Shown here piece by piece: positions 1-13,624 of a stretch of DNA of 64,000 bases. Below the pieces are notes generated by a model. It was not told the DNA's origin and searched no databases. It worked only from the letters and a program-made list of their open reading frames with translations. The DNA is from Vicugna vicugna (Eukaryota), in contig MU058718.1 of assembly GCA_013265495.1 (NCBI GenBank), positions 1,302,001 through 1,366,000 on the forward strand, in the 5' to 3' direction. Both the position numbers and the translations under genes were made by a program. Positions within the stretch are counted from its first letter, which is position 1; every line of letters begins with the position of its first letter.

Positions 1-1004
1 TAAAATGGGGCTCTTACCTTTGGAAAAATTATGTACCCTTCATTTGGAGCTCAGTTTTATTCTAAGGTGTTCCTTAGGCCATTATCCTCTCTCAGCTTTG
101 CAAATCCTGACACGTGCACAGCCTTGTCACTACTCCCCATTAGCAATGAAAGACGTCACCATCGCATTAAGCATTCTTGCACTAAGCTTGGGCACAGCCT
201 CAGAATCTTGCCTAACCCAGCGTTTCAAGTAGCTGCTACCAATGATTTGGAATTGACACCTAAGAGGAAAACTATCAGTGTCTTCAATCCACAGGGTCCC
301 TTTGACCTGTGTTTTGCCTAGTATTTCCCGGAGAAGATGAAACGGTTTTTCCCCAGGGACCACAACATGACCTTCATTAATTTTTATCTTGCTCCCATGA
401 AATTATTAGGTCCTTGTGGAAAAGGACCTAATGGAAAATTTAAGAATCTGCAAAATTCCTCTTGGATATAATGTTAAAAGCACACAAAATCTAGATTTAT
501 TTGCAGTTGCCAGGAACTTCCGTCTGCCCATGAGGAGAGGACTTTAGAAAGTAGTCACTGAACTGGCCCTCTGCCTTACACCAGAAGGTCAAACTGCTGA
601 TAGATCTAACAAGATAATGTACACATGGTGTGAAAAATAAGGAAAATAATTTGAAAAGCTTATAGAAGTGAGACAGACTTTTTTTTTAAAAGTAAAGGAG
701 CAGAGTGAATGTTACTTGTGTATTGAAACACAATAATAAAAACCACCGAGGGAAAACTAAAATCTAGGTTTCAGTTAAAATTTAATATGATTATTCGCCA
801 AGGTCAGATAGCTAAATATTGTACTTGCTTTTATTTCATTTTTATTTTGTTTGTTTTTGCCTTAACATAATCTTGAATGACAAGAAAACCCATATGTGTG
901 TCCTATGAGGTAGCATTATAACTATTTAGCCAATTGAGGATAAATTTCAGCTTTAAACTAAGAGCATAGTAGTGGGCTACAGAGAGACTGTCTATGAGTC
1001 AATA

Positions 1005-1215
1005 TTGAACAGTAGGAAAGAGGCTGAGCTAGGAGGCAGGGAGATTAGAATTTCTTCTGGTCTCTGCCTATTGCCAGCTGTGTGATGCTGGACAGATTGT
1101 TTAATGTCTCTGAGCCTCACTCTGTGTGTGTAAAATGGAGATAGTCACTATACCTACATGAATGTATAGTGCTGTAAGTCACTTCAAAAACTTGGCATAT
1201 AATCAGGAATCAGTT
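1005..1215 (+). mobile_element. MIR SINE relic
   Basis: MIR core-like gctgtgtgatgctggacagattgtttaatgtctctgagcctcactctgtgtgtgtaaaatggagata. Confidence 0.75.
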
Positions 1216-2044
1216 AATGGGGGTATTACGTGACAAGTGGACCTATAATAAATGAACATGTGTTTTATTATTTAAATTGCAGTCTGAATGACTGCCCTTG
1301 GTTAAGATTATTTCTTACCTCTCTAACAGATCTTTTCACGAAGAGACCCCTATATCAACACAACAGCAGACTTGAACTGGAGAGGAGATTAACTTTGAAC
1401 AAACAAATCCAAGTCTGATATGATCTTAAAGACAGGGTTGACTTTATTTGTGGCAGCTGCACTAGGTCTACCCCAAGGCCACCAATACTATATGTGCTCA
1501 ATGTTCAGCCCAGGAGAGGTTGGAGCCCTCCAGAAAAATCACCCCAGTGGCGGAGAATGACACGATTAACCTAGCTCCTAGAATGGACAATCTTTTACTG
1601 GGCACAAGATTCAACCTTTAGCAGCTGCTCCAAGAGCAGTTATAAACAGACCCAGTGAACTTACCTGTTGCCCCCTCATAGCCTTTGAACCAACATATGT
1701 ACTCAGAGAGAGAACAAGACAGAAATGATTATCAGTTGGTCTTCAGATCCATAAAGTTCCTCTTATGGGCAAATAGAGTTCTGATTTTGACAGCCCTCAT
1801 TGCAGCTCCCAAGGAAATCAGGATTGCTGTTCTTATTTTATAGGCAGAAAACCCAAGGCACCAAGGGATTAAATAATTTGTATTGGAACAAGATTTTACT
1901 AACTCCATAGAAAATTGACCTAAAACTTAAACATGGATAAACCACATCCTTTATTTAAACAATATTTTATAGTCTATGATGAAAGAATACTTAGAGATGG
2001 AATTTCCAGATTGGCTGCTCATGAACTCACAGAAAATTATGCAA

Positions 2045-2240
2045 CTTTCCATTCAGCAAACATTTATTCAGTACATACCAAGTGCTAGGTACTGTGATAG
2101 GTGCTGGGGAGACAAGCTCATATGAGACTATTACCTGCCTGCAGGGGAATCAGAAGGAGACCCACTTGTAAAGAAATCGAATAAAATGGTGTAGACACTG
2201 TGATAGTGACAAAACTCTTATACATTATGGTAGAGGCCCA
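2045..2240 (-). mobile_element. L2 LINE 3' end relic
   Basis: cattcagcaaacatttattcagtacataccaagtgctaggtactgtgataggtgctgggga resembles the reverse complement of the L2 3' terminus. Confidence 0.7.
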
Positions 2241-2487
2241 AAGTGGAGGCACGTCCTAAAGGATCACTCTTTATTTTGCCCTGGGTAAGCTTGGCAACAG
2301 GAAGAATGCTACCAAACCCTAAAAGAGTTGCAGTACTTGCCAAGTTTAAACCCACAAATCAGTGAACATAATATATGTCTAAGTGCTAGAAGTCATGAGT
2401 GCATTTGCACAGGGAATGTTATCTTTTATTTTTAGTATCTGAATTGAGATTTTAATTAGTTTCCAAATCCTGAAAAACTAGGCTTTT

Positions 2488-3102
2488 TTTAAAAACATTT
2501 TTATTGAGTTATAATCACTTTACAATGCTGTGTCAAATTCCAGTGAAGAGCACAATTTTTCAGTTATACATGAACATATATATATTCATTGTCACATTTT
2601 TTTCTCTGTGAGCTACCATAAGATCTCGTATATATTTCCCTGTGCTATACAGTATAATCTTGTTTATCTATTCTACATTTTGAAATCCCAGTCTGTCCCT
2701 TCCCACTCCCTGCCCCCTTGGCAACCACAAATTTGTATTCTATGTCTATGAGTCTGTTTCTGATTTGTATATGGTTTTTTTTTTTAAGATTCCACATTTC
2801 AGCGATCTCACATGATATTTTTCTTTCTCTTTCTGGCTTACTTCACTTAGAATGACATTCTCCAGGAACATCCATGTTGCTGCAAATGGCGTTATGTTGT
2901 TGGTTTTTATGGCTGAATAGTATTCCATTGTATAAATATACCACATCCTCTTTATCCAGTCATCTGTTGATGGACATTTAGGCTGTTTCCATGTCTTGGC
3001 TATTGTAAATAGTGCTTCCATGAACATTGGGGTGCAGGTGTCATCCTGAAGTAGGGTTCCTCTTGGATATATGCCCAGGAGTGGGATTCCTGGGTCATAT
3101 GG
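2488..3102 (-). mobile_element. Young L1, 3' segment (ORF2 C-terminus, 3'UTR, poly(A)) of a 5'-inverted insertion
   Basis: Minus-strand translation [13 protein letters not shown]...TCTPMFMEALFTIAKTWKQPKCPSTDDWIKRMWYIYTMEYYSAIK is L1 ORF2 C-terminus; poly(T) at about 2484-2490; left TSD gaaaaactaggctttt at 2472-2487. Confidence 0.95.
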
Positions 3103-3917
3103 TACAAAAACAGACATATAGACCAATGGAACAGAATAGAGAGCCCAGAAATGAACCCACAAACTTTTGGTCAACTAATCTTCGACAAAGTATACAAAAA
3201 TATACAATGGAATAAAGACAGTCTCTTCAGCAAATAGTGTTGGAAATCTGGACAGCAGCATGTAAATCAGTGAAGCTAGAACACCCCCTTACACCATACA
3301 CAAAAATAAACTCAAGATGGATCAAAGACTTAAACATAAGACAAGATACAATAAACCTCCTAGAAGAAAATACAGGCAAAACATCTGACATATATCTCAA
3401 AAATGTTCTCCTAGAACAGTCTACCCAAGCAATAGAAATAAAAGCAAGAGTAAACAAATGGGACCTAATGAAACTTAAAAGCTTCTGGACAGCAAAGGAA
3501 ACCATGAGTAAAATAAAAAGACAACCTACGGAATGGGAGAAAATTTTTGCAAATGAAACCGACAAAAGCTTGATCTGCAGAATATATAAGCAGCTCATAT
3601 GACTTCATAAGAAAAAAACAAACAACCCAATCCAAAAATGGGCAGAAGACCTAAACAAGCAATTCTCCAAGGAAGAAATACAAATGATCAATAGGCACAT
3701 GAAAAAATGTTCAATATCACTATCAGAGAAATGCAAATCAAAACTACAGTGAGGTATGACCTCACATCAGGATGGCCGTCATTCAAAAGTCCACAAATGA
3801 CAAACGCTGGAGAGGCTGTGGAGAAAAGGGAACCCTCCTACACTGCTGGTGTGAATGCAGTTTGGTACAGCCACTGTGGAAAACAGTATGGAGATTCCTC
3901 AGAAGACTAGGAATAGA
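3100..3917 (+). mobile_element. Young L1, inverted upstream ORF2 segment (frameshifted, with stops)
   Basis: [17 protein letters not shown]..., [46 protein letters not shown]; right TSD gaaaaactaggctttt at 3916-3931. Confidence 0.95.
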
Positions 3918-4099
3918 AAAACTAGGCTTTTGAGTCTCCTACAATTTGACCTTTCAATAATGGCTCATTGCTAATAGCTCTCTTGCCAAAGTAGAGACTC
4001 ACCACGGGGAGGGCCCCAAATCAACCCAGGGGCTTGATGGTTGGAAAGAGGGTGGAGTTCCAGGCCTTGCCAAAATTAAATACAGCTTTCAACGCACTT

Positions 4100-5447
4100 G
4101 CGTGCTCTCTTCTTGAAACATTCCCTTCCATTGACTTTGGCAGGACCCCATTTTCCTGCTTTCCCTCTAATTTACCAGCACTCCTTTCTAGCCTCCTTTG
4201 CTGACCCATTAGTTTTGTCCTATTTTCTCACTATGGTCTCTGACTAGGTAACTGCATATTGTGCCATGACTTCTGTTACAATGTAAATGCTAGTCACTGT
4301 TCACCTGTCTCCAATTTAGATCTTTCCTCTCTCATCCAGGCATGTGTGTCTGACTCTAAATTCGATATATCACTTGGGCTTCTCTATCAAAACTCACATA
4401 AGATGGAAACTCTTGGAATTTCCCCTCAGACTCCCTCCCTGTCAGGTGTTTTCTACCTTGGGGATTCTTGTCCACCTAATTCAGGGATTCTCTAACCTGA
4501 CTTCGCATCTGAAACCTCTGAGTGGTATGAAACCATACCGGCACTTGGGCCCCCTGCTTGACCAATTAAATCAGAATCTTGGGTATAAGGGTCTTCAGGT
4601 GAGTTTAATGAGCAACCAGGTTAAGAATCACTGAGCTATTTGCTTAAGGTGGAAGTCTGAGCTCCTCCCTTTTCATTATGCTTTAATAGTGAGCCACCTG
4701 CTGATTTTTATCTACTAAAGCTCTTGACTTTGTCTGTTTTCCATCATCAAAGCAACCAGCCTAAACCACGACATCATCCTCTCTTGCCCAAAATAACCTT
4801 CTGACTGTTCCTTTTGCCTCTTTTCTTGTTCCCATTCGCACCATTGTTCACAGTGCAGCCAGGGTGATTTTAAAAAATCTAATAACATCACTGTCTTACT
4901 TAAAATATTGCACTGGCTTTCTGCGTTCTTTTAGAATAAGCTCCAGATCCTTATGGCCTATAAAGATGTGGCTGTAAGGGCTGTAACTTTTTTGTTTTGA
5001 TCTGATCAGCACATATACCAGTTTCTACTCCTCTAATAAAGTGTCTTCCTAACCATCAACACACAGGGTGGACTTATGACCTGGTCTTTCAAGTGTGGGC
5101 TTGGTGATCCAAACCTACTAGGTAAACCAGGGTCCTCTTTCCTTACAATTTCTGGAGCTAGAATAGAAGCAGTCTTGCCTTGGGTTCATGGTGAAGGGGT
5201 AGGAATTTGAAGCTCTTGGCAAACATACTTCCTCCTTTCCAAATCACGGACTTGAATCCAGTACTCCTGGCAACGAGGGGAAATCTTCCCTATGATTAAT
5301 TATCTAAATAATATTTTGTTTGCTGTCTGTCTCCCCTACTGAACTGTTAGCTGTGCCTGTTTCACTCAAAGTACTATCTATCTTCATTTGTGCATAGCAC
5401 AAAAGAGTCATTCCTTGATGAATGAATGAATGAATGAATGAATGAAT
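4100..5447 (+). mobile_element. Fragmented L2 LINE (ORF2 end and 3'UTR) ending in a (TGAA)n tail
   Basis: L2-like pyrimidine-rich segments (cacagtgcagccagggtgattttaaaaaatc, tgtctgtctcccctactgaactgt) and terminal gaatgaatgaatg at about 5419-5447; interrupted by MER5A. Confidence 0.65.
4482..4633. mobile_element. MER5-family hAT-Charlie MITE
   Basis: Ends cagggattctc...gaatcactg; internal ccaattaaatcagaatct and caggtga motifs. Confidence 0.65.
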
Positions 5448-6934
5448 GCCTAGTCTTGGAGACATCCACTGCAATAAAGATCGGATTAGGGAAACAGATA
5501 TCAGTGGAAGGTTTGGGGAATCTGTTTAACTAAATGGCACTGTGCTGACTCAGCAAAGGGGCCCTGAAATGGAGGTCTGTGTGGCCTGAGAAAGCCTAGC
5601 CACCGCCTTGGTACAGTCAGGGGCTTCTTTAGTTTTCTGTCACCTGAAGATGCTCCCCTGACATTTTCAGGCTCCTTTCCCCTAGTAAGGTAAAATTTCT
5701 GTCCCAGAGCACCCCAGGATGAGATAGTAACTGTAGGCTGCTTTATTTTTATATAATATGACATCAGAGTGGAAGGGGAGAGTATTCTTTTTAAGCTCCT
5801 TAAAGTACAGTTCTATTGAAAATACTGTTGAGACACATCCATAAAACAAGCTTCTGAGGAATGATAAGAAAGATGGTAGAGTTATAGAAATATGTTATGG
5901 TGTTCTACCCAGAAAGATTGCACAATACGAAGATAAATTTATTCCTTAAGAATTTCACCAAAATGTATGTAATCCTCTATGATTTTTGCTTCATAAGTTA
6001 ACTCACTAAGGTTCTTGATGTTTGCATGTAGCATTTGATTCCATGATAATGAGGTGGAAATATTTTGACTTAGCTTAAAAAGTAAACCCTAAAAGTATGT
6101 CTGTTTTAATTATGAATAATACATGAATCAGATTTATCCTGCCTTTGAACTTCACCTCTGACCTATACTTCCTTGGGTAGGGATTAGTGATAAGATGAAA
6201 TCAGGGATGGGTTAGTATCAAGGTTGGGAGAGGGTTGGTGCAGAAATAGGGTTTCAAATGGCTGGCAAACTATGTGGAAAAAGGAGTCATAGTCTTAGTA
6301 CACCTGCCCATCTCAGAAAGGGCCACCCATCATTCTAAGCCAGGAGGCTGCTCATTTTCTGAGAATTCACTTGTATCATCTGTATCTCAATATCGTGGAT
6401 TTATCTCTGAAATGACAATTATCATTATCATTTGCTTTTAATCAATAAATAGATGTATTCACCTAAATGACATATTCATTCTGTCTTTTCATTTGAAAAT
6501 CTATAGGATGAGTGTGTTAAGTTGACTTTTTGATTCTATAGCCCTATGTGAGTGGGTGTATATTCTCCATTGTGGAGGTGGGAATAGAAGAAGGATATTT
6601 TGTAGTGCATTAGGATTTCGTATTCTCCAGATTTCACAGAGAATACCTAGTTAAATTTCTAATAGTTTTCGCAGTAGTCCATTATTTATAGGTTATTTAC
6701 TAATTATTAAGCTCTTTCAAAATGGAGTTTGGGAAACAGGTGATGAGCCTGAGTGTCTAACTTGATCAATTCCGACAGACTTAAAAAAATCTGTGCTGGT
6801 TTTTCTGATTTCAGAATTAAAGCTTATTCATACAGTATAACATTCTGTATTCAAATAATATAGAAATAAAATTTTAAAACAGGAAAGTTCTCCATGATCA
6901 AGTTTGAGGTTAGGAATGCAATGAAAGTAAGGGT

Positions 6935-8523
6935 CAAGGCAGATTCATCGCAAAATGTTGAAGCATAAACTTCAAGGCCCCTCACTTACACAGGCCACTT
7001 CAAAAGCCCTGGGAGGGCCCTTACAATATGTACATATAGTCATTTGCTTTTATAAAAAATTTTAAAGTAAAATATTTAACTTCAGTTATTGAAGGCTGCT
7101 TTCCTCTTTTCCCTCTCACCTCCTGTTTTTCCTCATATTGGAAATGGGGTTGTCATAGGCCTTTTGCAGAGGAGGCTATAGAAAAGTTGAGTTGGGGATC
7201 CACTTATGTTTAGGTCAGAGAGGTATATTTACACTGTTTGCAGTCATATCCACGTGGATAACTTAGCTAGCTGTTTTGGTGTAGAAGTTGCTTCTAGGCC
7301 CACTTCTACCATCCATTGCTTTGACTCACCAGTATTATGACACAAAACTGTAAGGCCAGAGCTTGCATGATAACAGGAGATGAGAGATAGCCCCTACCAC
7401 TGAATGGTTGTGGGTGGTAGGGGAGAAACACGGTTTGAAATATATGGAGCCAGAAGCCAGTCTGAAGGAAATTCTTCCAATCATCAAGCATGCAAATCTG
7501 AAAGAGAATCATTCAGTTCTCATCTCGTCAAAACAGAAGTCCTTTACTGCCAGGAATATATCCGATACATTTTGAAATATTTTGGAAAATCTTTCAACAG
7601 GAATTTATCAGAATTATTGTATTTGTAGGACACACACACATATACAGTACAAACTCTGTAGTACTGTATATCTTCATGAAGTGACATGTTTTATGCATCC
7701 CAACATATCACTGAATTACATGGATATATTGGGAAATAGTTACATTTCTAACTTAAAGCTGACATCAACAATGAGGACATAAATCTTATATCAATTGTAA
7801 CGTGTTCATTGATGAGTTATTAAGTTCTTTTCAAAGAGCATTTAAGGTTGTTCACTGCACAATAAAGCTTGAGATGCCCTGAAATTGCACAGTTCATATA
7901 TGAAAGGACTTGGTAGAAGCTTTCCAGTATTTGACAACAAGCTCAAAAGTGTATGTGTATTTGCCAGTAACAAATTGTGATGCTAAGCTATCCATTACTA
8001 TCAGCAGCTTTTCTAAACTGTCAGTAAGTAAAAACATTTTGATCAACAATGCTGGAAGAAAGATAGAATTAGCCTTCTATTCCCTCTAAGGACTGATATA
8101 CAAAATCATTAGTACATGAGGGTATGGTCAGGTTTCTTCTGTAGAGCACAGGGAACTATATTCAATATCTTGTAGTAACCTATAATGAAAAAGAATATGA
8201 AAAGGAATATATGTATATGTATATATATGACTGTAGCATGCTGTACACCTGAAATTGACACAACATTGTAAACTGACTATACTTCAATTTAAAAAAAATA
8301 TATTGCAACAAACACAGGAAAAAGTTCCTTAGAGGTCTGCTAGGTAGTTAATAAAAATGATTTTCCTGGGTTTTTTGATGTTTGTGCTTTTGCAGCTTTT
8401 TCAAATTTGTGGTTTGCTTCATCTTTCCCCCTCATTCTAAATAAATACTTACTTTCGTAATAAATGTATTCTTTTTCCTTCATATAAGACTTAGGCCCCA
8501 TAAAATATCTGAATCCAACACTG
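6935..8523 (+). mobile_element. Zaphod/MER115-type hAT-Tip100 DNA transposon fossil with internal deletion
   Basis: 5' end caaggcagattc...cttcaaggcccctcacttacacaggcc...gccctgggagggccc; 3' end ggccccataaaatatctgaatccaacactg; degenerate hAT C-terminal dimerisation-domain remnant (LPVTNCDA...SFSKLS...STMLEER) at about 7950-8070. Confidence 0.8.
8136..8299 (+). mobile_element. Short 5'-truncated artiodactyl L1 3' end nested in the Zaphod fossil
   Basis: agcacagggaactatattcaatatcttgtagtaacctataatgaaaaagaatatg...acacaacattgtaaactgactatacttcaattt followed by poly(A). Confidence 0.85.
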
Positions 8524-9434
8524 GCAGGAAATACTATCTCTTTTGTGTTTTTGAAAAGATCATGATTTTACATGTTGACAAGGACAGCAAATGGCTGCAT
8601 CAAAGAATTGGGTCAAAATGTCCTGCTTTAAACCAGGTCCATCCCAGGGCAGGGTGGAGCACTGCTGGCTCATGCCTCTCACCCACAAATTAGGCCTTAG
8701 ATGTTATCTCTGAGGGAGTTATGCCTACAGCTACCAGGACATGCTGAACTGAAAGTAGAAGTTATTCATCACACACCTTTATTCGTGTGACCTATTATCA
8801 GACCACATGCCCTGGAGTGCACTTTGAATTGATGTTAAAAAATAATGATCTTATGGTTAATACAGTTATTGTGCATTGGATTATTCATTCCCCCCTGTTA
8901 AAGGCATTGATTTGTTAAATATAAAACATTTTAAATAGGCCACGGTTTCCGTAACTTTGCCTTGACCTTGGGAAGGTTCTGCCACGCCTGTGTCCTGGTT
9001 CTTGGGCCATGAAAGCTGTGTTGGATTTGATTTTTTTCCTTAGTGCCTGGCACATAGTAAGCCCTTAACTATTAATTTTTTGCTCCCCCTCTTTCTTTAT
9101 TCTTTTTCTTAGGGTACTTTTTTTTTGTCTGTCAGGTATGAGGAGATTTTTATGAAAAGAAAACAAACCTAACACATTCCAATTGTATTAGCAAACAACT
9201 GCCTTTATTTAGCTGTCTGGAGTGACAGAGTCCAGGCCTATGACAACACAGCACCTAGGAACTGTCTTTATAAGTGGCATAACTTTTCATTGTTGCTCAC
9301 AGGATTGCAACTAAACTGATCAACTACAACAAACCAGAATGAAATGTATTTATCAAGATGAAGACTCAACATTTAACTGAAAGACAATGTACTTGAACTC
9401 TTGTCCTTATCCTGTGGACAGAATAATAGCAATT

Positions 9435-9665
9435 AATAATAATAAAAATAATAACACTAAATTGTAAACCTTTTTTGGCACATAGGGCCCTTCCACATTC
9501 ATCACCTCATAAAATCCTTTTAACAACTTTGGAGGGTGGGTGTGACCCTTATTCTAATTTTGAAAAGAACAGTGCTGTGTAGGGGATTAAGTGACTGTCC
9601 TAGGATATCCTGGACAATGAGTGGAGAAGGCAGAACGTGGGTCCAGGGCTGTATGACTTCTGTGA
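9435..9665 (-). mobile_element. MIR SINE relic
   Basis: Reverse MIR pattern: cctcataaaatcctttaacaac...ggattaagtgactgtcctagg...ctgtatgacttc. Confidence 0.6.
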
Positions 9666-9994
9666 CTCCTGAATTTCTTATGTTATTCTGTTAATGATAT
9701 TCAAGACAGTACCCTACCCCTTTGACAGCCCCCTGCTCTGTCTTTTAAACTCTACTAAAATGAAAGCCATTGTGGGATAAACTTGGATGTCATGCAGATG
9801 TTATCACTTCAGGAAGTCCCTGGTGGCCTCTGGATAAAAATAGAAGGAAATGACAGAAAAGCCAAAAAGGAGATGAAAGCTCTGAAGCAAGAAAGAGTGT
9901 GGCATTTGGAAGAAAGTAAAAGAAAGCAGGAGGGTGGGGAGCCTCTGGGAGGTGGGTAGAAATGAGATACCCATGGCTGAGCAAAAGACTGAAT

Positions 9995-10170
9995 CTGTTT
10001 ACTAAGCTCTTACATGCCATTTCATATGTGCCAGACACTATTTTAATCTTCACGTCAGTTCTGGGAGGTAGAGCTTTTTATTAATCACATTTTTCAGATG
10101 GCAAAGCTGAGGCATAGGGAGATTAGGCAGCTTGCTGGGTGGACTTAGGCAGTCTGGCTCCTGCATCTGC
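9995..10170 (-). mobile_element. MIR SINE relic
   Basis: tatgtgccagacact...catttttcagatggcaaagctgaggcatagggagattagg. Confidence 0.7.
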
Positions 10171-12361
10171 TGCCCTGTGGTAGGGCGATGGAGTCCGTTT
10201 ATCATGGAACATCCAAGTGGTATGTCTTGGATCAGTTGGATATAAAGCCTGAAACACAGGGTTAGGGTTGGGATATAAGATACAGATTTATCAGTCGTGT
10301 AGGCTGCAGTTGATGACTTTTCATCACTTGGTTTCTTTTACACTGGCAGATTTCAAGATGTTTCTGTTTATGCTCTCAATTCAGACAAAATTCTGCATGT
10401 ATTGCTGAATTCGGCTTTAAAGCCTCTGGATCGTCTGTGGATTTCCTTGGGACCAGATATATTGAACTCACAACACTTGTTTCAGTAACAGAATTCTTCA
10501 AATTGAAAAACTAATATTTAGATACTAAACACTACAACAATCATAATAAAATAGTATTGAAATACCACAATTATTAATTACCATTAAAAAGCACATATAA
10601 AATAAAGCAAAATGCATATACATTATTTTTAAAATGATAACTATGTAACAACCTAACAAATCCATATATAACAGTAAAGTTTCTTTATTTAACCCTAGTT
10701 TTATTCATTTTTGAAGGGAATCCTCCCCTCTTCTTGGTTTTTGTTATTATATATAAAAATGGTTCACAGGTACAGTTCTGATGTCAGCATACGAAAACAT
10801 CAGCAGTTTAATTTTAAAATTCTTGCTTTAACTCATTGGCAAGGAATACCAAACTTTATTATGAATTGAAAGGGAGACATTAGCTTGCTCTGTCAAGGCT
10901 CCTTTTGGTTTGATAGTGTACTAGAGCAGCACAAACAGTAAAGAACAAGAGGTAGTTCTAGCTCTGAAAAGTCCAAGAAAGCATTGACCATGTATTGACC
11001 GTAAGACAATATGTGCAGGGCTCCAAGAGGCACAAACTGAAATCAGTGACCAGAAAAAAACACATGTAGTCTATCCCTACCTTAGCCAGGAGAAACCCCA
11101 TACTGATACCCATGTCTTAATTTGCATAAAATAATGCTGCAGTAGTTAATACAGTCACTTACAATGATTATACATTGACCTCTGCTGTATTTTAAAGTCA
11201 CTGCTGAGTTTATAAAGCAAATAATACCTGGTGTTTAAGGATTTGAAGGAGATAAAATGAAATTTCACCACTGTGCTAGTGTGTCTTTCTGTTTGTCATC
11301 CTAGTTATCTGAGTTCTTTATTTATATTGTCTCTTTCATTTTGACATCTTTTCCTTTATCTCTTCTCTTGTAGTTAAGTCCTTGTCCTTTAGATCAAAAT
11401 AAGTCATTTCATGTCATCTAGATACAGTTAGGCCTTGAATCAGACTCCTGGTTGGAAAGGATTAACCAGATAAATGGCTCTTTCTTCTTACTCTTCCCAT
11501 ATTTAATCTATTTTTATCTGATTGTGTGGCACCTGCAGAGATGCATGGAATCATATAGTCTTATTAATTGCTTTTCAGGAAGAACGTTAAAAGCAGATAC
11601 TACTGAATCAGATGAAATTATAAGATCCACTTACGGGGACAGAGACTATTTCTTTGCCTGAGATTACTTAGGGTGTTAATTTTTTTGTATTAAAATGGAA
11701 TTATATACTTAAATTGTTTTTGCCTTTGTCAGCATGGAGTCTTGATTATGAATGCATTCAAGCATTATGAATTTTGTGCTGGCTATTTTCCCAACTCTCC
11801 TATAATACACATGAAAATGGGAGTTTGCTGGTAATAATAATTTCAGACAGATTTTCCAAGCTTGTCCACCAAACAACAGACTGAACTAACTGCCTAACCT
11901 AAATATTGAGGCAAAATCCTAGATTTTAATGCCTCTTCCTATTTAAAATTGTCCCCTATATGCCGTACAGTGAAATGCGTTGTCCTTCTCTGTTCCCGTT
12001 TTAGTCTCCTTGCCTCTTGCAAATCTAGCTCCTCTCTACTCTCCCTCTCCCACAACTTAGATTAGGGACATAAGCCTCTGTTCTTATATTTTAAATGGTT
12101 TTCTATTTTTGAGAGTGCAAGGATGCATATTCCAGCTTGATTTTCTCCTAATAATCTTACCTGTATTGTTTCTAGCTTCACTTTGTTGTTGTTTTTGAAG
12201 CTCTTTCTCTCCCTAATGTCATAGTCCTGCCTATGGACTAAGGACCAGTCTTCTTTCCTTCATCCCAATTCTCTTACTATCCATGAGCGATGCTCACAGT
12301 CAGTTCACATTTAAGTGTAAGTAGGTGACAAGATCGATGGCCTTTGAGTTACATGTGGCTC

Positions 12362-12867
12362 TCAGTTAGGATTTTTTCCTGAAGTAATGAAAATCCTAAA
12401 TTAAACGAGCTTAGGGAAAAAGAGAGAGAGAGAGAATTGTCGGCATTGGCTTACCAGAAAAGAGTAGGGGTGGAAATTTTGGCATGGCAGGATCCAGAGG
12501 TGCAAATAATACAGCCAATTTCCTCCATGATACGTGCCCTGGAAAATTTAGCTGATTCTGGGCAAATCTAATCCCAACAAGAGATCTTTTCTTTTCTGAT
12601 ATTCCAATGCAGACTCTCAGATCAGCTCTTGATTGGGCCAATTCAGATTACTTGCTGTCCTTGAGCCAATGATTGTCACTAGAGACATGTAATTTGCTAA
12701 TTGGGCAAGCCTGGGTCATGTGTCCATCCTTGAAATCTGAGAATGGGGGTCAACCCTATCAGAAACACAAAGATATAGATGAGAAGTGGTACCCAGTGAG
12801 AATCAGGATGCTAGTACAGAAGAGGGAATGAATGCTGGCCAGGTAGACACAACAGGTAGCCATTACG
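12362..12867 (-). mobile_element. ERVL-MaLR solo LTR (MLT1J/K/L-like)
   Basis: Typical MLT1 motifs gattgggccaa...tgagccaatgattg...gattgggcaagcctgggtcatgtgtccatcctt...gaagagggaatgaatgctggccagg. Confidence 0.75.
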
Positions 12868-13624
12868 ATCTCCTTCCCAGGCAGACTATGATCCTTTCAG
12901 AGCTCTGGTTTCTGTGTTTGGATTTTGAACCCTACCTGCTCTATCAAAGAATACTGTAGATATCATGTTTCCCTTTAATACCAATAGAGACATCATGAGT
13001 GCAGGCTAACAGAGCAATGGTTTAGATTTCCCACTTTTATAAATATGGCAGGAAATAAGTATATTCTATTTCTTTATCTTTGTAGTTACTAGTAATAGCT
13101 TGGGGCAATAAGGAAGGTTCTTGGCAGACTAGATTATAGGACTCCATTTCTGACCCCACGTTCCTGAGCCCTGACACTTGTGTGCACCTTTTGATCTCAG
13201 AATTTGGCTTCATTCCAGGGCATGCCAGATGCTGTCCTGGCTCATCTCTGCCCTGGAGGGCATGCTGGGTGCCTCACAGGTTGCATTCTGCCAGGTGACG
13301 ATCACCGTTTGTTGCCTAATGTGTATTCTTGTGACTTAATATCTGTGTGGCTTTGCCCGGGACCCTTAACCTCGCTGACCTCCAACCAAAGTCCTACTGA
13401 GTTTTTATTTCATAAGGTGATCGTAAGGGTCATTTAAGTTAATGTTAAAGTGGCCTGGCACAAAAACAGTGGTCAGCAAGTGGAGGTTATCCCTGGAAAC
13501 ACATCCTCAGAGGACCAGCTTCCTGCTTGGACCTCTGGCTCTGCCCTTTTAGAATTTTCTTCTGTCTCATTTCCTCCTGGCATCTCCTTCACCCGTTCAC
13601 ATTTGGTGAATTTTTTCTTTTCTT

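Noticed and set aside
2746..3910. ORFs of 121-142 aa with clear protein-like sequence
   Set aside because: Fragments of L1 ORF2 in a truncated, inverted copy; not host genes.
5006..5018. cagcacatatac, resembling the U6 snRNA 5' region
   Set aside because: Only about 12 nt match and no further U6 sequence follows.
10345..10515. Two overlapping short open frames after an AG
   Set aside because: No recognisable protein similarity and weak splice signals.
11570..11661. Acceptor-like ttttcag followed by RTLKADTTESDEIIRSTYGDRDYFFA*
   Set aside because: No recognisable homology and no partner exons; cannot be supported.
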